Source of the DNA: Paraspadella gotoi
Lineage: Eukaryota; Animalia; Chaetognatha
Length of the DNA stretch: 64,000 nt
Assembly (NCBI GenBank): GCA_051294375.1
Contig: CM119266.1
Span: 8,803,339-8,867,338, forward strand
Direction of reading: 5' to 3'
Shown one piece after another: positions 26,309-40,051 of this stretch. The notes under the pieces were generated by a model. It searched no databases. It was not told the DNA's origin and saw only the letters and a program-made list of their open reading frames with translations. The position numbers were made by a program, and so were the translations under genes. Positions within the stretch are counted from its first letter, which is position 1. Each line of letters starts with the position of its first letter.

Positions 26309-26864
26309 AAAAGGCGGGAGGTAAAATTTCTTTTGGTGTTTTAGTATCTTAAAACTCATGAATATTAAAGGAGATTCTGTTGTTCTCTTGTTCGACGACA
26401 GCGCGAATGCAAATGGCGACGCAGAAAGAAGAAAAAAAATTAGTGAAACCGTCGGTCGACCGGTGGAGGCTCTTTGGAAAAAGAGCTTGATTGGAATAGA
26501 TTAATTAAACTTAGATTCAACTCCGATGATTAGATTAATTTAGATGATTAGATTAATTGAACTTAGATTAAACTCCGATGAAAGGCCACATTGGAATATA
26601 ACATCGAAATAACAATGAAAGGCCAATTTGAATTTTAACGTTTCAATAATAAAAATGTTTTTTTGTTTTCTGATCAAGCCGAAAAGGAATAGATGTTTGC
26701 AATAACTTTAATCTACGTTTTTACGTATAGACTAGAGTCTATGACTACGACATGATGTGATCGCCCTTCGATGCCAATCTTTCACGAAGTTAAACTTCTC
26801 TCACTTCACTCAAGATCAGGCAACTCGAGGAGATTCACCATTTCACAAGTTCTGTGAGGCCAAA

Positions 26865-26944
26865 GTCGTCGTCGTCGTCGTCGTCGTCGTCGTAGTGGTC
26901 GTCGTGTTAGTCGTTTTTCGTACTTTGTTTTATTTTGTCCCTGC

Positions 26945-27013
<69 letters not shown>

Positions 27014-27014
27014 T

Positions 27015-27054
<40 letters not shown>

Positions 27055-27119
27055 GCATCAACGTCTTTCTCATCATTACGGTCACGCTCTCCATTTTGTC
27101 CTTTTCTGTCATCTTTACT

Positions 27120-27155
<36 letters not shown>

Positions 27156-27390
27156 TCATTGTTGATTCCATTATCAAGATCCTTTTCGCGGTCTTCGTCG
27201 TCGTCGTCGTCGTCGTCGTCAACTTCATAAATGTCACAGCTTTCGCCGCCGCCACCAATACGACCACCGCCTCCGCCGCTGCAGCCGCTTCCTCCGCCTT
27301 CCGCCGCCAACCTCCACCGTCTCTGCTGCTGCCGCTCCTTCCTCCGCCGCCAGTCGTCGGTCTGCCGCCGCCAGCCGCCAGCCGCCGCTT
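26865..27390. repeat. Compound trinucleotide microsatellites (GTC)n, (ATC)n, (GCC)n
   Basis: Direct reading; (ATC)n at 26946-27058. Confidence 0.9.
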
Positions 27391-27999
27391 TCGTCTCCGT
27401 CTTTTTTAAAATTTAAATTTAATCGTCCAAAGTCTAGTTTTTTTTTCTTCATCTTTTTCTCTTTTAATTTTCTTCCTTTTGTTTTTTTTATTCATTTAAA
27501 CTTTTCCTTTTATAATTTATATCTCATCGCCTTTTAGTTGAGTCCCCAGTACTAACTTTCACAACTTACACATTTGGAAAAAGGAATTCATTTTTTTAAT
27601 ATTATATATAATATATGTATATATTAAAGCGCCATGTAAGATTGTCTTTTAAAAACATGTTGTATACTTGTTACAGGAACAGAAAATTGATGTCTTAATT
27701 GACTCGCGTAAAATTAGATCGATGATATTTGGCCAACAAACGATATATTTGGAGAGATATTTAGATAGATATAATTGTTCTAGAAAAAATTTTAATTCCT
27801 TATATATATTTAAATGACCATCTAAAGATCCAATTTGGGAATTATCGTTCATTGCTTGCCGCTTTTGGGTGTCGTTTATGTTTATGGATGGTGGGACTAT
27901 TTAAAATAGTTACGGTCAATAGAAACTGTTGTAAACAATTTACTGATTAATTGGTCATTTAGACCATTTTGGATGCAAAATTCCGATGACAAGTTCTCT

Positions 28000-28935
28000 C
28001 GTCGTCGTCATCATCGTCATAGTCTTTGCTGTCATCGTCATCATCTTAGTCTTCGTCGTCGTCTTCGTGGGTCTCAGTCGTCGTCATTATAGGAGTCGTC
28101 ATCGTCGTCTTATTCTTCGTCGTCGTCTTCATCGTCGTCGTCCTTGTCATCGTCGTAGTCATCTTCTTTGCGCCTTCATCGTCGTCGTCGTCGTCGTCAT
28201 CGTCCTCATCGTCTATATCCCTCCCTTCCGTACATTTGCTCCAGAATTCTTAACCTCGGTGCAAAAATATCCCAGACTTTACCTTGAAAATCTTTTCCCG
28301 CTGCGAAGTCGTCTGGAAAAGATCCACGACGACGACGAAGATGACGACGACGATGACGATGGCGACGACGACGCTGACGATGGCGACGATGACTATGGCG
28401 ACGATGATGACGACGACGCTGACGATGGCGACGATGACTATGGCGACCACGATGACGACGACGACGAAAATGACGACGACAACGACGTCGACGAGGCATC
28501 AATCGATTTGACGACGAAAACCCTGATTTTGAAATTGCGAGAGGGAAATCAATTTTCTGTTCCTTTCTTTTCTTTTCTTTTCTTTTCTGTTCTGTTCTGT
28601 TCTGTTCTGTTCTGTTCTGTTCTGTTCTGTTCTTTTCTTTTCTTTTCTTTTCTTTTCTTTTCTTTTCTTTTCTTTTCTTTTCTTTTCTTTTCTTCTTTTC
28701 TTTTCTTTTCGTCCTTCTCTCAACATTATTTCAGCTACGGACGTTTCTCGTTTTCAGGTCCTTTCGTCAGGTCACCGACGAGACGACGACGACGACGACG
28801 ACGACAACTAAGACCACAGAATCTGGCAAACTCAAGAAACAGTCCGCTGACCCTTGAAAGCGCCTCAGTTTTCTCACGTCACGGAGTGGCCGGGAGAAAA
28901 ACGACGACGACGACGACGACGACGACGACGTGAAA
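28000..28935. repeat. Compound microsatellite block (GTC/GAC)n, (TTCTG)n, (TTTTC)n
   Basis: Direct reading; it produces the spurious 315-aa ORF. Confidence 0.85.
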
Positions 28936-29845
28936 TGATTAGCATCGTCGTCGTTGTTGTGGTCACTATCTTCTTTGCCACACTGTGGATTCCATGTCAT
29001 GTGCATCATCCATCGGGGCGTCTTCGTCGTTATCATTGTCAGTATCATTATCAGTCTTCAGATTCGTATTCTTTATCATCGTCATCGGCGACACAAAGAT
29101 TAGTTAATTCAAATTAAATATAATTCTTATATTAGTTATATCGTTTATATAGTAATACCACGGCTCCTCGTATTTTGATATTAGGGCAAAAGTACAATTT
29201 TATTTCTCCATCTAAATAAAACTGGAAGAGGGATGGTTTTAATTAGCGTAATTCATAAATATATTTAGTGTAAGAGAACTTAACATGGCACGCTTTTGCT
29301 CTTCCGCTTTTTGTCAATATCTTTTAGATAGTTATGTAGTTGTCATGAGCTGTTTTTCAGGTTTTTCAAGAATTTTAATTCTGATTAAACAAGAGACAAA
29401 GAACAAAAATAACAGAGAATTAAAGAGGAAGTGGTTACATTTTTTTTCCCTTCGAAACCTTTTTTTTTTCATTGAGTTTTCGGTTGCTTTTCGACGAAGA
29501 TTTTTTTTATTTGTATGAATTGTTATGTCTACCAAACGACGTGTTTTTTTCTGAAAGATTTAGGACAAAGTCCAACTATGTTTTATATTTTTTCAACTTT
29601 GATCATTTTTTTACATTTATTTGAAGTTCAAAAACTGTCAAAGATTGTTATATTAATGTTAACTAGAGGTAACTAATAACTAATTCAATAACTTTCGCTG
29701 ATTAAAAAAATATTACAAACTAATATTTAAATGGGCGACTAAAAAAAAAACTCGAAAATACCAAATCGCTCGTCAGACTTGATCATTCATCTCTTTGCTT
29801 TTCAATTTTACTACAGCCAAACACAAAATACTCTAACACCCCGAG

Positions 29846-32321
29846 ATGCGTTACGCCATCTTGATTCTCCTCGTCGCTTCCGGCGCATGCGCAACTCTCG
29901 CGCGCAAATACGAGCCGACCTGGGAGTCCATCGACTCGCGCCCTCTGCCGGCGTGGTTCGACGAAGCCAAGATCGGCGTCTTTCTCAATTTCGGCGTCTT
30001 TAACGTCCCCAGTTACGGCAACGAATTCTTTTGGAAATCTTGGCACGACGGATTCCCGTTGCACGTGAAGTTCATGAAGAAGAATTACAGGCCCGACTTT
30101 ACTTACGCCGACTTTGCGGAGATGTACAGGGCGGAACTGTATAATGCGGACGGTGGGTTGGAATCGAGTGATTGATTAAAAGAAATTTCTATGAATGAAT
30201 TAATGATTAAACGAATGGATGAATTAATTAATTAATTAATTAATTGAAGAATGTATGAGTAAATGATTGAATGAATGATTGAATAAACGAATGAATGAAT
30301 GAATGAATGAATGAATGATTGAATGAATGAATGAATGAATGAATGAATGAATGAATGAATTAACCAGTAAGCTAACCGAGATTAATCTACTCATCTTAAC
30401 ACTCCACGCAGATTGGGTCAACATCTTCGAAAAGAGTGGAATCAAATACGTCGTGATTTGTGCCAAACATCACGAAGCCTTCGCTAATTGGCCATCGAAT
30501 AGAAGGTAAGTTTCAAAAATAATCTGGAATTTGGTTGGTTGTAACATTTGATTCACAACCAGGTCCCTCAAGATTTTTACCTTTTTTAGTTGTCATTTTA
30601 TTTATTTCAGCTTATATTGAATATTAAATGAATAATAAATAACGGATTTAACATTAAATACTAATTAAAAAAAATTCAGTTTTAATTGGAATTCTCTTGA
30701 CGTTGGGCCGAAACAAGATATCGTAGGGAAGATGGCGGAAGCAGTCAAAAAAAAGAGAGACATGAAGTTTGGCGTCTACTATTCGTGGTACGAGTGGTTC
30801 AACCCTCTATATATGAAGGTAAGTCTAGAGGGTGGAAAAGTCGGTAGGTAAGTTACTTCGTAGTCGACCCAAAGGTCCAGGGTTCGAATCGGACGGCCGC
30901 ATTATAATTAATTAAACGGAGGGGTCGGATATAGCATAGTAGCGCTACGATTCCGGATGTGAAGCTCGAGGTCAGCTAATACAACAAATTCTTTTAAAAT
31001 TAATAACAAAATCATTCTCAGTCTTTGCGACATATAGTTAATTTAGTCATATACAATATAATATATCCAATACCAGGACGTAAGCAACCATTATCGCACC
31101 AACGAGTTCGTGAAGACGAAGAGCTTTCCCGACTTCGTGGAATTGGTCCTCAAATACAATCCCGAACTCCTCTGGAGCGACGGAGAGTGGTTGGACCCAG
31201 ACTGGTACTGGAACTCGACCCGATTCCTCGCTTGGCTCTACAACGAAAGTCCCGTCAAAGATAACGTCATCGTCAACGACCGATGGGGAGTCGGGAGTCG
31301 ATGCCATCACGGTGGATACTGGACTTGTAAAGGTAGCGGGGGGTTTCTTTTTAGAGCGCTATTTTCCGAAACCGCTCCATTTTAAGTTTAGAATTTTTTT
31401 AAGGTTTGAGATTTGAAGACATTAAGTTCGCTTATGAAGGCTTGTACAGAAAAATCCGAAAAATTTCACGAATTGCTGAAAGAAAAAGAATTTCGTTTTT
31501 CAAATGGTTTGAGATTAAAGTATTAGGTTATGGATTAGGGTCCGGTATTTGGTTAGAGATGAGGTTATGGCTAAGGGTTAGGGATTAGGGGTTATGGCTC
31601 AGGGTTCAGGGATGGGGTAAGGTATTACGCTTTCTTTCTCGCTCAACAAATTTGTCTTATTAACCTACATGTAAGTTTTGCCCCGTTAACATTCATCGTA
31701 TCATACATACTTTTTAAGTAAAATTTATTACATTTATCCCCCCCTCCCCCCCCCCAAGACCGCTACAAACCCGGCAAACCCGTTCCCCACAAATGGGAGT
31801 ACGTGTTCACCCTGGACAAGTCCAGCTGGTCCCTCAATCGTCTCACCCCATCCACGGGCTACTTCAGCATCGAGGAGCTCCTCCACGACACCGTCTCCAC
31901 CGTGGCCTTTGGCGGCAACGCCCTCATCGGACTCGGCGCCACGGCAGATGGTCGAATCTTGCCCATCTTCCAACGCCTCCTCTTGCAATTGGGTCAGTGG
32001 TTGAGCGTCAACGGTGACGCCATCTACGGGACGAAGGTTTGTCGTCCGTTTCAGAACGAGTCGACGGACGTTTATTACACTTGCGGGAAGAAGGAGGGCG
32101 TCGCTTACGCCATCTTCTTCCGTCTGCCCGCCAACGGGTTGATGAGTCTGGGGTCCTTCGAGAAATGCCCGACTCGGCCGCCCGAGATGCTCGGCGCGCC
32201 GGGCAAGATCGGGTGCGCGCAGATGTCGTCGGGCGGAATAGAGTTGGATTTGAGTCGAGTCTACGGGAAAATCTTGGCCGCTCCGCTGAGGTGGGCGTGG
32301 AGCGTTAAAATGACGTTTTGA
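29846..32321 (+). CDS. FUCA: Alpha-L-fucosidase (GH29, FUCA1/FUCA2-like), 452 aa, 5 exons, signal peptide
   Basis: Exons 29846-30152, 30412-30505, 30680-30818, 31077-31332, 31759-32321 total 1359 nt, open, all GT-AG. Motifs: signal MRYAILILLVASGACATLA, YEPTWESIDSRPLPAWFDEAKIG, KHHE, FNWNSLDVGP, YYSWYEWFNPLY, WSDGEW (nucleophile Asp), VNDRWG, CHHGGY, HKWE, GQWLSVNGDAIYGTK. Confidence 0.96.
31355..31630. mobile_element. Partial copy of telomere-repeat MITE-like element in fucosidase intron 4
   Basis: GCGCTATTTTCCGAAACCGCTCCATTTT resembles the reverse complement of the 44146-44175 terminus, followed by degenerate TTAGGG repeats at 31520-31625. Confidence 0.45.
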
Positions 32322-32373
32322 TCCGAGGTATGTCGACTCGACATATCTCGACATATCTCGACATTGTCGAGGG

Positions 32374-32379
32374 AATAAA
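32374..32379 (+). terminator. Polyadenylation signal of the fucosidase gene
   Basis: AATAAA 53 nt after the TGA, followed downstream by T/GT-rich sequence. Confidence 0.55.
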
Positions 32380-33430
32380 ATAGAATTCGGGATTTGAAGA
32401 AATATTTTGTTGAGATTTGGTCATTGTTTACTGTTTAATATGTTAAAATTTACTGTTTGATATGTTAAAATTTCAAAACTCCGCTTTTACTAACAAATAC
32501 ATGTTACGACGATTTAGCTTCATTAACAAAACAATTTTATAAGAAAACTATATTACTTAATTCAAAATATAATTTTTGAAACATAATTTTTTAATTATTT
32601 ACATGAATTGGCTGATTTTAAAAGTTATTTTTGTCGTCGTCGTCATCGTCGTCGTCATCGACTCTTTATTTGTAAAAAAAAAAGGAAAAGAAAACTTCTT
32701 GTTTTCTTTTTTTCCTTCTGTTTTCTTTTTCTGTTTCGCGCAGTCACCGTCTTCGAAGCCAACGTTTTCTCCGCCAACGTTTTCAGCCACAACAAAACAA
32801 AAGTCAGTTTTCGCGCCGCAAATGGATGAAATCCTGACCTTCGTGGATGGAAAGGTCACCCGTTCGAACCCGCGATTCGCAATCAACAGTTGAGNNNNNN
32901 NNNNNNNNNNNNNNNNNNNNNNNNNNNNNNNNNNNNNNNNNNNNNNNNNNNNNNNNNNNNNNNNNNNNNNNNNNNNNNNNNNNNNNNNNNNNNNNNNNNN
33001 NNNNNNNNNNNNNNNNNNNNNNNNNNNNNNNNNNNNNNNNNNNNNNNNNNNNNNNNNNNNNNNNGCGGCGAAGATGGCGGCGAAACGACGAGGATTTGCG
33101 AAAATAAGATTTAAAGAGGAAAATGACGACAACAAAGCCGATGGTAAACGTTGGTTGCAATTTGACGCCGGCAATCGAATGGAAATCTGGAAAACCTGGC
33201 ATCAAGAGACGAACGCCTGAGGCTGTTGTGAGAACGATCAATAAAATGACGGCAGACAAGGCGACGACGACGACGACGATGCAGGGCAAAAAAATGGGTG
33301 ACGTTCTACTCAATATTTCAAGAAAAGAGGAAATTTACGGCGGAGATAGAAAATAGGTTAGGAGAGGAGAGAGGTGAGAGAGCAGAGAGAGAGAGAGAGA
33401 GAGAAGGAGAGAGAGAGAGAGAGAGAGAGA

Positions 33431-33513
<83 letters not shown>

Positions 33514-34267
33514 AAGAAGAAAAAAACAAAGAAAGAAAGAAAGAAAGAAAAGAAAGAAAGAAAGAAAGAAAAAAAAAGAAAGGAAAGAAAAAGAAACAAA
33601 GAAAGAAAGAAACAAACAAAGAAAGAACAAACTAAGAAAGAAACAAACAAAGAAGAGAAAATAATTTTCTTCGATTATTGTTTATGAATGCGATGCCCTT
33701 TTGTTTATCGAAGACGACGTCGTTAACGACAGAGCATTTCTTATCTTCACGATGTAATAATTCGATGCCGAGATGCTGAGATACAGAGATGCCCTTTATC
33801 TTCTCCGCCTCTCATTGTTTCCGGTTCGCGCGTCATCCACAGTGGAAATACAAAGCGAAAGAGTGCGTAGATGTAAAAAAATTATCATACACATGGTCTT
33901 CTAAAATAAATAATCTTTTTAATTATTTTTGGTTATATCGAGCCACCATTCAAAGTAATATATATATATTCCCAAATTTCACTACAGATTACTGTTTCAT
34001 GACATTCTTTGATACCATATTTATTTATTTTTATTCTTATCGTTACTTCTATTGTTCTCTTTTCCTCTTGCTCCCCGCCATCTTGTCCTATTCTTCCTTC
34101 ACTACATTTGATATTTCCCTCTCCCTCTCTTATTATTTTCTCCTTCCTCTCTTCTCATCCCTTCCTCCCTTTCTCCACCTCCCCCTCCCCCTCCTTTTAA
34201 CTCCAGTCTTCATACTCGGCGATGATGGTTGACGGGGGAATTATCGTAATGTCGTTGGAAGAAGAAG

Positions 34268-34303
<36 letters not shown>

Positions 34304-34489
34304 AGAGAGATTTCAATAACCTTTCGCTGATTAAAAAAATATTAACAAACCTAATATTTAAAATGGGCGACTAAAAAAAAAACTCGAAAATACCAAATCG
34401 CTCGTCAGACCTTTGATCATTCATCTCTTTGCTTATCATTTTACTACACAGCCAAACACAAAATTACTCTAACACACAACGAGGAACGG

Positions 34490-37185
34490 ATGCGATTACG
34501 CCATCGTGATTCCCTCGTCTGCTTCGCGCGCATGGCCGCAACTCTCGCGCGCAATACGAGCCGACTGGGAGTCCATCGACCTCGCGCCCCAAGTCTGCCG
34601 GCGTGGTTCGACGAAAGCCAAGATCGGCGTCCTTTCTCAAATTTCGGCGTCTTTAACGTCCGCCAGTTACGGCGCAACGAAATTCTTTTGGGAAATCTTG
34701 ATGCACGAACGGATTCCCGTGACACGTGAAGTATCATGAGAACGATATCAGGCCCGACTTTACTTACGCCGACTTTGCGGAGATTGTAACAGGGCGGAAC
34801 TGTATAAGTGCCGGACGGTGGGGTTGGAATCGAGTGATTGATTAAAAGAATTTCTATGAATGAATATGATGATTAAACACGGAATGGATGAATTAATTAA
34901 TTAATACATTAATGAGAAAGATGAGTATATTTATTGGTTATTGAAATGAATGATTGAATAAACGAATGAATGAATGAATTGAATGAATGAATGATTGAAT
35001 GAATGAATGAATGAATGAATGAAGAATGAATGAATGAATGAATTAAGCACAGTAAGCTAACCGAGATTAATCTACTCACTTAACACTCCCAACGGACAAG
35101 ATTGGGTCAAACATCTTCGAAAAGAAGTGGGAATACAAATACGTGTACGTGATTTGTGCCAAACATCATCGAAGCCTTCGCATAATTGGCCATCGAGAAT
35201 AGAAGGTAAGTTTCAAAATAAATCTGGAATTTGGTTGGTTGTAAATTGATTCAAACACCAGGTCCTCAAGATTATTGGTACCTTTTTTTTAGTTTCATTT
35301 TTTAATTTTTTCAGCTTATATTGAATAATTAAATGAATAATTAAATAACGGATTATACATATAATACTAATAAAAAAAATTCAAGTTTTAATTAGAAATT
35401 TCTCTTGACGTTGGGCCGAAACAAGATAGTAGGGAAGATGGCGAAAAGCAGTGCAAAAAAAAGAGAGAGCAAATAAGTTTGTGGCGTACTACTATTCAGT
35501 GGACGAGTGGTTCAACCCTATATAAATGAAGGTAAGGTTGTAGAGGGGTGGAAAGTCGGTAGGTTAAGTTGGAGCTTCGTAGTCAGGAGCCCATAAAGGT
35601 ACCATTGGTTCGAATCAGGATACGGCCGCAATTAATAAATTATTAAACGGAGGGGTCGGATATAGGCAAGTAGCGCTACGATTCCGGATGTTGAAAAGCT
35701 CCGAGGTACAGCTAATACAAACAATGATCTATTTGAAAATTAAACAAAATCATTCTCAGTCTTTGCGACGTATATAGTATTAGTTAAGTCATATACAATA
35801 TAATATATCAAACCGGAAGTACGTAAGCAACGATTATACGACCAACAGAGTTCTTGTGAAGAACGAAGAGCTTACCCGACCTTTATCGTGGAATTGGTCC
35901 TGGCATCAAATATACAAATCCGAAAGCGCCTCTGGAGGCGACGGAGATGGATTTGGAACCCAGACTGGTACTGGAACTCAGACCACGATTCCCTACGCTT
36001 AGGCGCTAACGAACGAAAGTCCCCGTCCAAAGATAACGTCATCGCAACGAGCCGATGGGGAGTCGGGAGTCGATGCAATCCACGGTGGATACTGGACTGT
36101 AAAAAGGTAAGCGGGGGGTTTCTTATTTATAGCAGCGGCTAGTTTGTCCGAAACCAGGGCTGGCCATTTATAAGATTTAGAGGAATATTTTTTTAAGGTT
36201 TGAAGATTGAAAGACATTTAAGTTCGGCTGATGAATGGCTTGTAACAGAAAAAATCCGGGAAAAAAATTTCAACGAAGATATGGCTGAGAAGAAACAAAA
36301 GAAATTTCGTTTTATCAAAATGTTTGAGATTAAAGTATTATGATTAATGGGATAGGGATCCCGGTATTTGTAGTTAGAGATGGGTTAAATGGCTAAGGGT
36401 TAGGGGAATTAAGGGTTAAGGGCTCAGGGTTCAGGTTGGATGGGTAAGGGATTACGCTTTCTTTCTCCGCTCAACAATTTTGTCTATATAACCTACAATG
36501 TAAAGTTTTGCCCGTTAACATTCACTACGATCTACATAGGACTATTTTAAGATAAAAATTTATTAAACATTTATCCACCCCCCCTCCCCCCAAGACCGGC
36601 TACAAAACCCGGCAAACCGTTCCCACACAAATGGAGTACTGTTTCAACCCTGGACAAGTCCAGCTGGTCCTCAATCGTCTCACCCATCCACGGGGCTACA
36701 TTCAAGCACGAGGAGCTCCTGCCACGACACCGTCTCCACGTGGCTTTGGCGGCAAACGCCCCTCATCGGACTCGGCGCCACGGCCAGATGGTCGAATATT
36801 TGCCCATCTTCGCAACCGCCTCCTCTTGCAATTGGGTCAGTGGTTGAGCGTCAACGGAACGCCCATCTACGGGACGAAGGGTTGTCGTCCGTTTTCAGAA
36901 CGAGTTCGACGGACGTTTATTAGCACTTGACGGGAGAAGAAGGAGGACGTCGAGACTTAGCCATCTCTTCGTCTGCACTCGCCACAACGGGTATGATGAA
37001 AGTCTGGAGGTCCTTAGCGAGAATGGCCCGACCGGGCCGTCCCGAGATGCTCGGCGCGCCGGGCAAGTCGGGGTGCGCGCCAGATGTGCGTCGGGCGGAA
37101 TAGAGTTGGAATTTGAGTCGAGTCTACCGGGAGAAATCTTGGCCGCTCGCTGAGGTGGGCGTGAGCGTTTAAATGACGTTTTGGA
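34490..37185 (+). pseudogene. Second, heavily frameshifted copy of the fucosidase gene (probable uncorrected-read / alternative-haplotype redundancy)
   Basis: Collinear with 29846-32321 including introns, but about 9% longer (2696 vs 2476 nt) through scattered single-base insertions in exons and introns alike. Confidence 0.85.
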
Positions 37186-37809
37186 TCCGAAGGTATGTCG
37201 ACTCGACATATGCTCGAACATATCTGCGACATTGTCGAGGGAATAAAATAGAATTCGGGATTTGAAGAAATATTTTTGTTGAGAATTTGGTCATTGAGTT
37301 TACTGTGTTAATATTATGTTAAAAATTTACTGATTGATATGTTAATTGTAAAACTGGGGGCCGCTTTGACTAACCAAATACCAATGTTACGCGCAATGAG
37401 GAACACGAATTTAGCCTTCATTATACACAATTTTATAAGAAAACTATATTAGCTTAATTGCAAATATAATTTTGAAAACAGTATAATTTTTTTAATTATA
37501 TTTAACATGAATTGGCTGATTTTAAAAGGTTATTATTGTCGTCGAGTCAGCGTCATGCGACTCTTTATTTGTAAAAAAAAAAGGAAAAGAAAACTTTCTT
37601 GTTTTTCTTTTTTTCCCTTCTGTTTCTTTTCTGTGTTTCGGCGCGTCAACCGTCCTTCGAAGCCAAGGAACGTTTTTCTTCTCCGCCAACGTTTTTCAGC
37701 CACAACAAAACAAAAGTCAGTTTTTCGCGCCGCAAATGGATGAAATCCTGACTTCGTGGAATGGAAAGGTCACCTTCGAACCGCGCGATTCCGCAATCTA
37801 ACAGTTGTG

Positions 37810-38015
37810 AAGAGCGAAAGTCGGCGGTGGCATGAAGCGGCAAGAGGCGGGGGTGTGTGGCGGGGAGTGTTTGGCGGGGGTGTATGCCGGAGGAGCAGAA
37901 GGCGCCATGGCGGCGGCAGAGAGGCGGCGGTGTTTGGCGCCGAAGGCAGGAGGTGTTTGGCCGGCGGATGCGGCGGGTGTTTGCGGCGGGAGAGCGGCGG
38001 CGGGCGATGATGGCG
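37810..38015. repeat. GC-rich minisatellite (GTGTTTGGCGGCGG-like units)
   Basis: Repeated GTGTTTGGCGG/GGCGGCAG units; occupies the position of the N gap 32895-33064 in the first copy. Confidence 0.65.
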
Positions 38016-38346
38016 CGAAACGAGGGCGAGGATTTGCGAAATAAGATTAGAAGTAAGAGACGACATACTGAAAACGACACGACAACGAAAAGACACGACA
38101 ACACGATGGTAAAACGTTGGGTTGCAATTTGAGCCGGCAATCGAATGGAAATCTGAAAACCTGGCATCAGAAGACGAACGCCCTGAGGCCTGGTTGTGAG
38201 AACGAATCAATAAAATGACCGGCAGAACAAGGCGGACGACGACGAGACGCACACGATACGGGCAAAAAAATGGTGACGTTCTACTTCAATATTTCAAGAA
38301 AAGAGGAAATTTTACGGCGGAAATAGAAAAATAGGTTAGGAGAGAG

Positions 38347-38384
<38 letters not shown>

Positions 38385-39143
38385 AGAGGAGAGGAGAAGA
38401 AGAGGAAGAGGCGAAGATAAGAGAAGAAGAGAAGAAAGAAAGAAAGAAGAAAGAAAAGAAAGAAAGAGAAGAAAGAAAGAAAGAATAGAAAGAAAGAAAG
38501 AAACAGAAAGAAAAAAAGAAAAGAAAACAAACTAAGAAAAGAAACAAAAAGAGAGAGAAAATATATTTTCTTCGATTATTGTTTATGAATGCGATGCCTT
38601 TTTGTTTATCGAAAGAGGTACGTACGTTAAAGGCGAACAGAGACATTTCTTATCTTCACGGATGTAATACAATATCGATGCCGAGATGTGAGATACAGAG
38701 AATGCCCTTTATCTTCTCCGCCTCTCATGTTTTCCGCGGTTCGCGCGTCACCACAGAGAAATAAACAAAGCGAAAGAGTAGGCGATAGATGTAAAAAATA
38801 TACTCAATACACATGGTCTTCGCTAAAAATAAATAATCTTTTTAATTATTTTTGGTATTATATCGAGCCACCATCAAAAGTAATAATATAATATATTCTG
38901 CAATTTCAACTACACGATTCTGTTCATGACATTCATTCTGATACCATAATTTATTATAATTTTGATTCTTGAAGATTCGTTACTTCTATTAGTTCTCTTT
39001 TCTCATCTTGCCTCCCCGCCAATCTTGTCCTATTCTTTACAGCTTCACTACATTGAATATTTCTACTCCCCTCTACTTTTATTTTTCAATCCTTCCTCTC
39101 ATCTGCATTACCTCCTCCCTTTCTCCTCCTCCTTCGCTCTTAA

Positions 39144-40051
39144 GGGGACCAAGTGAACAGGGGGGGTAAAAAGCTTGAAAACATATACGTTTGAACCCTT
39201 TAACTTAAACTGGTTCTGATTCAGTATAATTTTTTTTCTGTCTATAATCATTTGGGAAAGAGTTAAAAAATTCGATGAAAATCAGTGAGCCTTAATTTTC
39301 TTTAAAAAATCGTAAGAAAGAAAACTTTTTTTCAAGTTAGAAAATTTTTTTTTTCCAAAAGGTAAGAGATGCTAATTTTAAAAGATTTTCAGCTTTTATC
39401 ACAAAAATGTTATAAAAGAAAAAAAAACTAAGAATTAACAAGAATTTTAAGGGTATCGACTGATTTTATTTAAACTTTCCTTCAAAATGAATTCTGTTAT
39501 TGATAAAATAAAACTCTTTTGAAGTAATATATAATATACAAGAAGTAGAAGATTCTGTACTTTTGCTAAATTTGTAATTGTTATAATTAGGAATCAATAT
39601 AGTTTATATATACCATTTAAAGGATGAATATGAATATTAATTAATTAATTATTACAGTTTTGTTTTGTAAGAATAGAAATTTAGGTTTGATTTGTCTGCT
39701 TAAGTAAATATAGAAAAATAAAGAAAATATTAGTCTTGTAAAGCCTTTGTTCAATGAGGCTTAAAACCTAAAATTATAGCTTTGTACAGTAAAAATAAAA
39801 AAATTGGAATTGTAAAAAAGTACTTTCTAATGCAAAAATAAAATAATGGATTATAAATAAATATTTAGGTAGGGTCAACTAAATTTTTTTTTCATAGATT
39901 ATTAAATTTTGTTTTCCGGCTAACAGATAAGAGATAGGGAATTTTTTTGCCACTTTCCGTGCAAAGAAAAAAATTGAATGACTATGCACCAATCAAATTC
40001 CCCTTTGAGATAGACCCTTAAGCTTATGATATCATTTTTATCACGGGTCCC
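39144..40051. mobile_element. TTAA-specific Kolobok-like non-autonomous DNA transposon (0.9 kb)
   Basis: TTAA(39140-43)-GGGGACCAAGTGA ... TCACGGGTCCC-TTAA(40052-55). The paralogous block has a single empty TTAA at 34197-34200. RR...YY termini with a TTAA target duplication are the Kolobok signature (piggyBac ends start with CC). Confidence 0.8.

Noticed and set aside
26495-26630. Short direct repeats with spacers (also 32335-32370, 47370-47412, 60765-60895)
   Set aside because: Two- to three-copy local tandem duplications. Not CRISPR-like: eukaryotic context, no constant repeat with unique spacers, no cas genes.
27986-28933. 315-aa ORF with Asp-rich block (possible acidic or biomineral protein)
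   Set aside because: A concatenation of unrelated microsatellites (GTC, GAC, TTTTC, CGA). I cannot exclude a small exon around 28200-28530 but have no support for one.
34490-37185. Programmed frameshifting or RNA-editing 'cryptogene' explanation for the indel-rich copy
   Set aside because: Indels hit introns and flanks equally and involve all four bases; long-read error is far more parsimonious.
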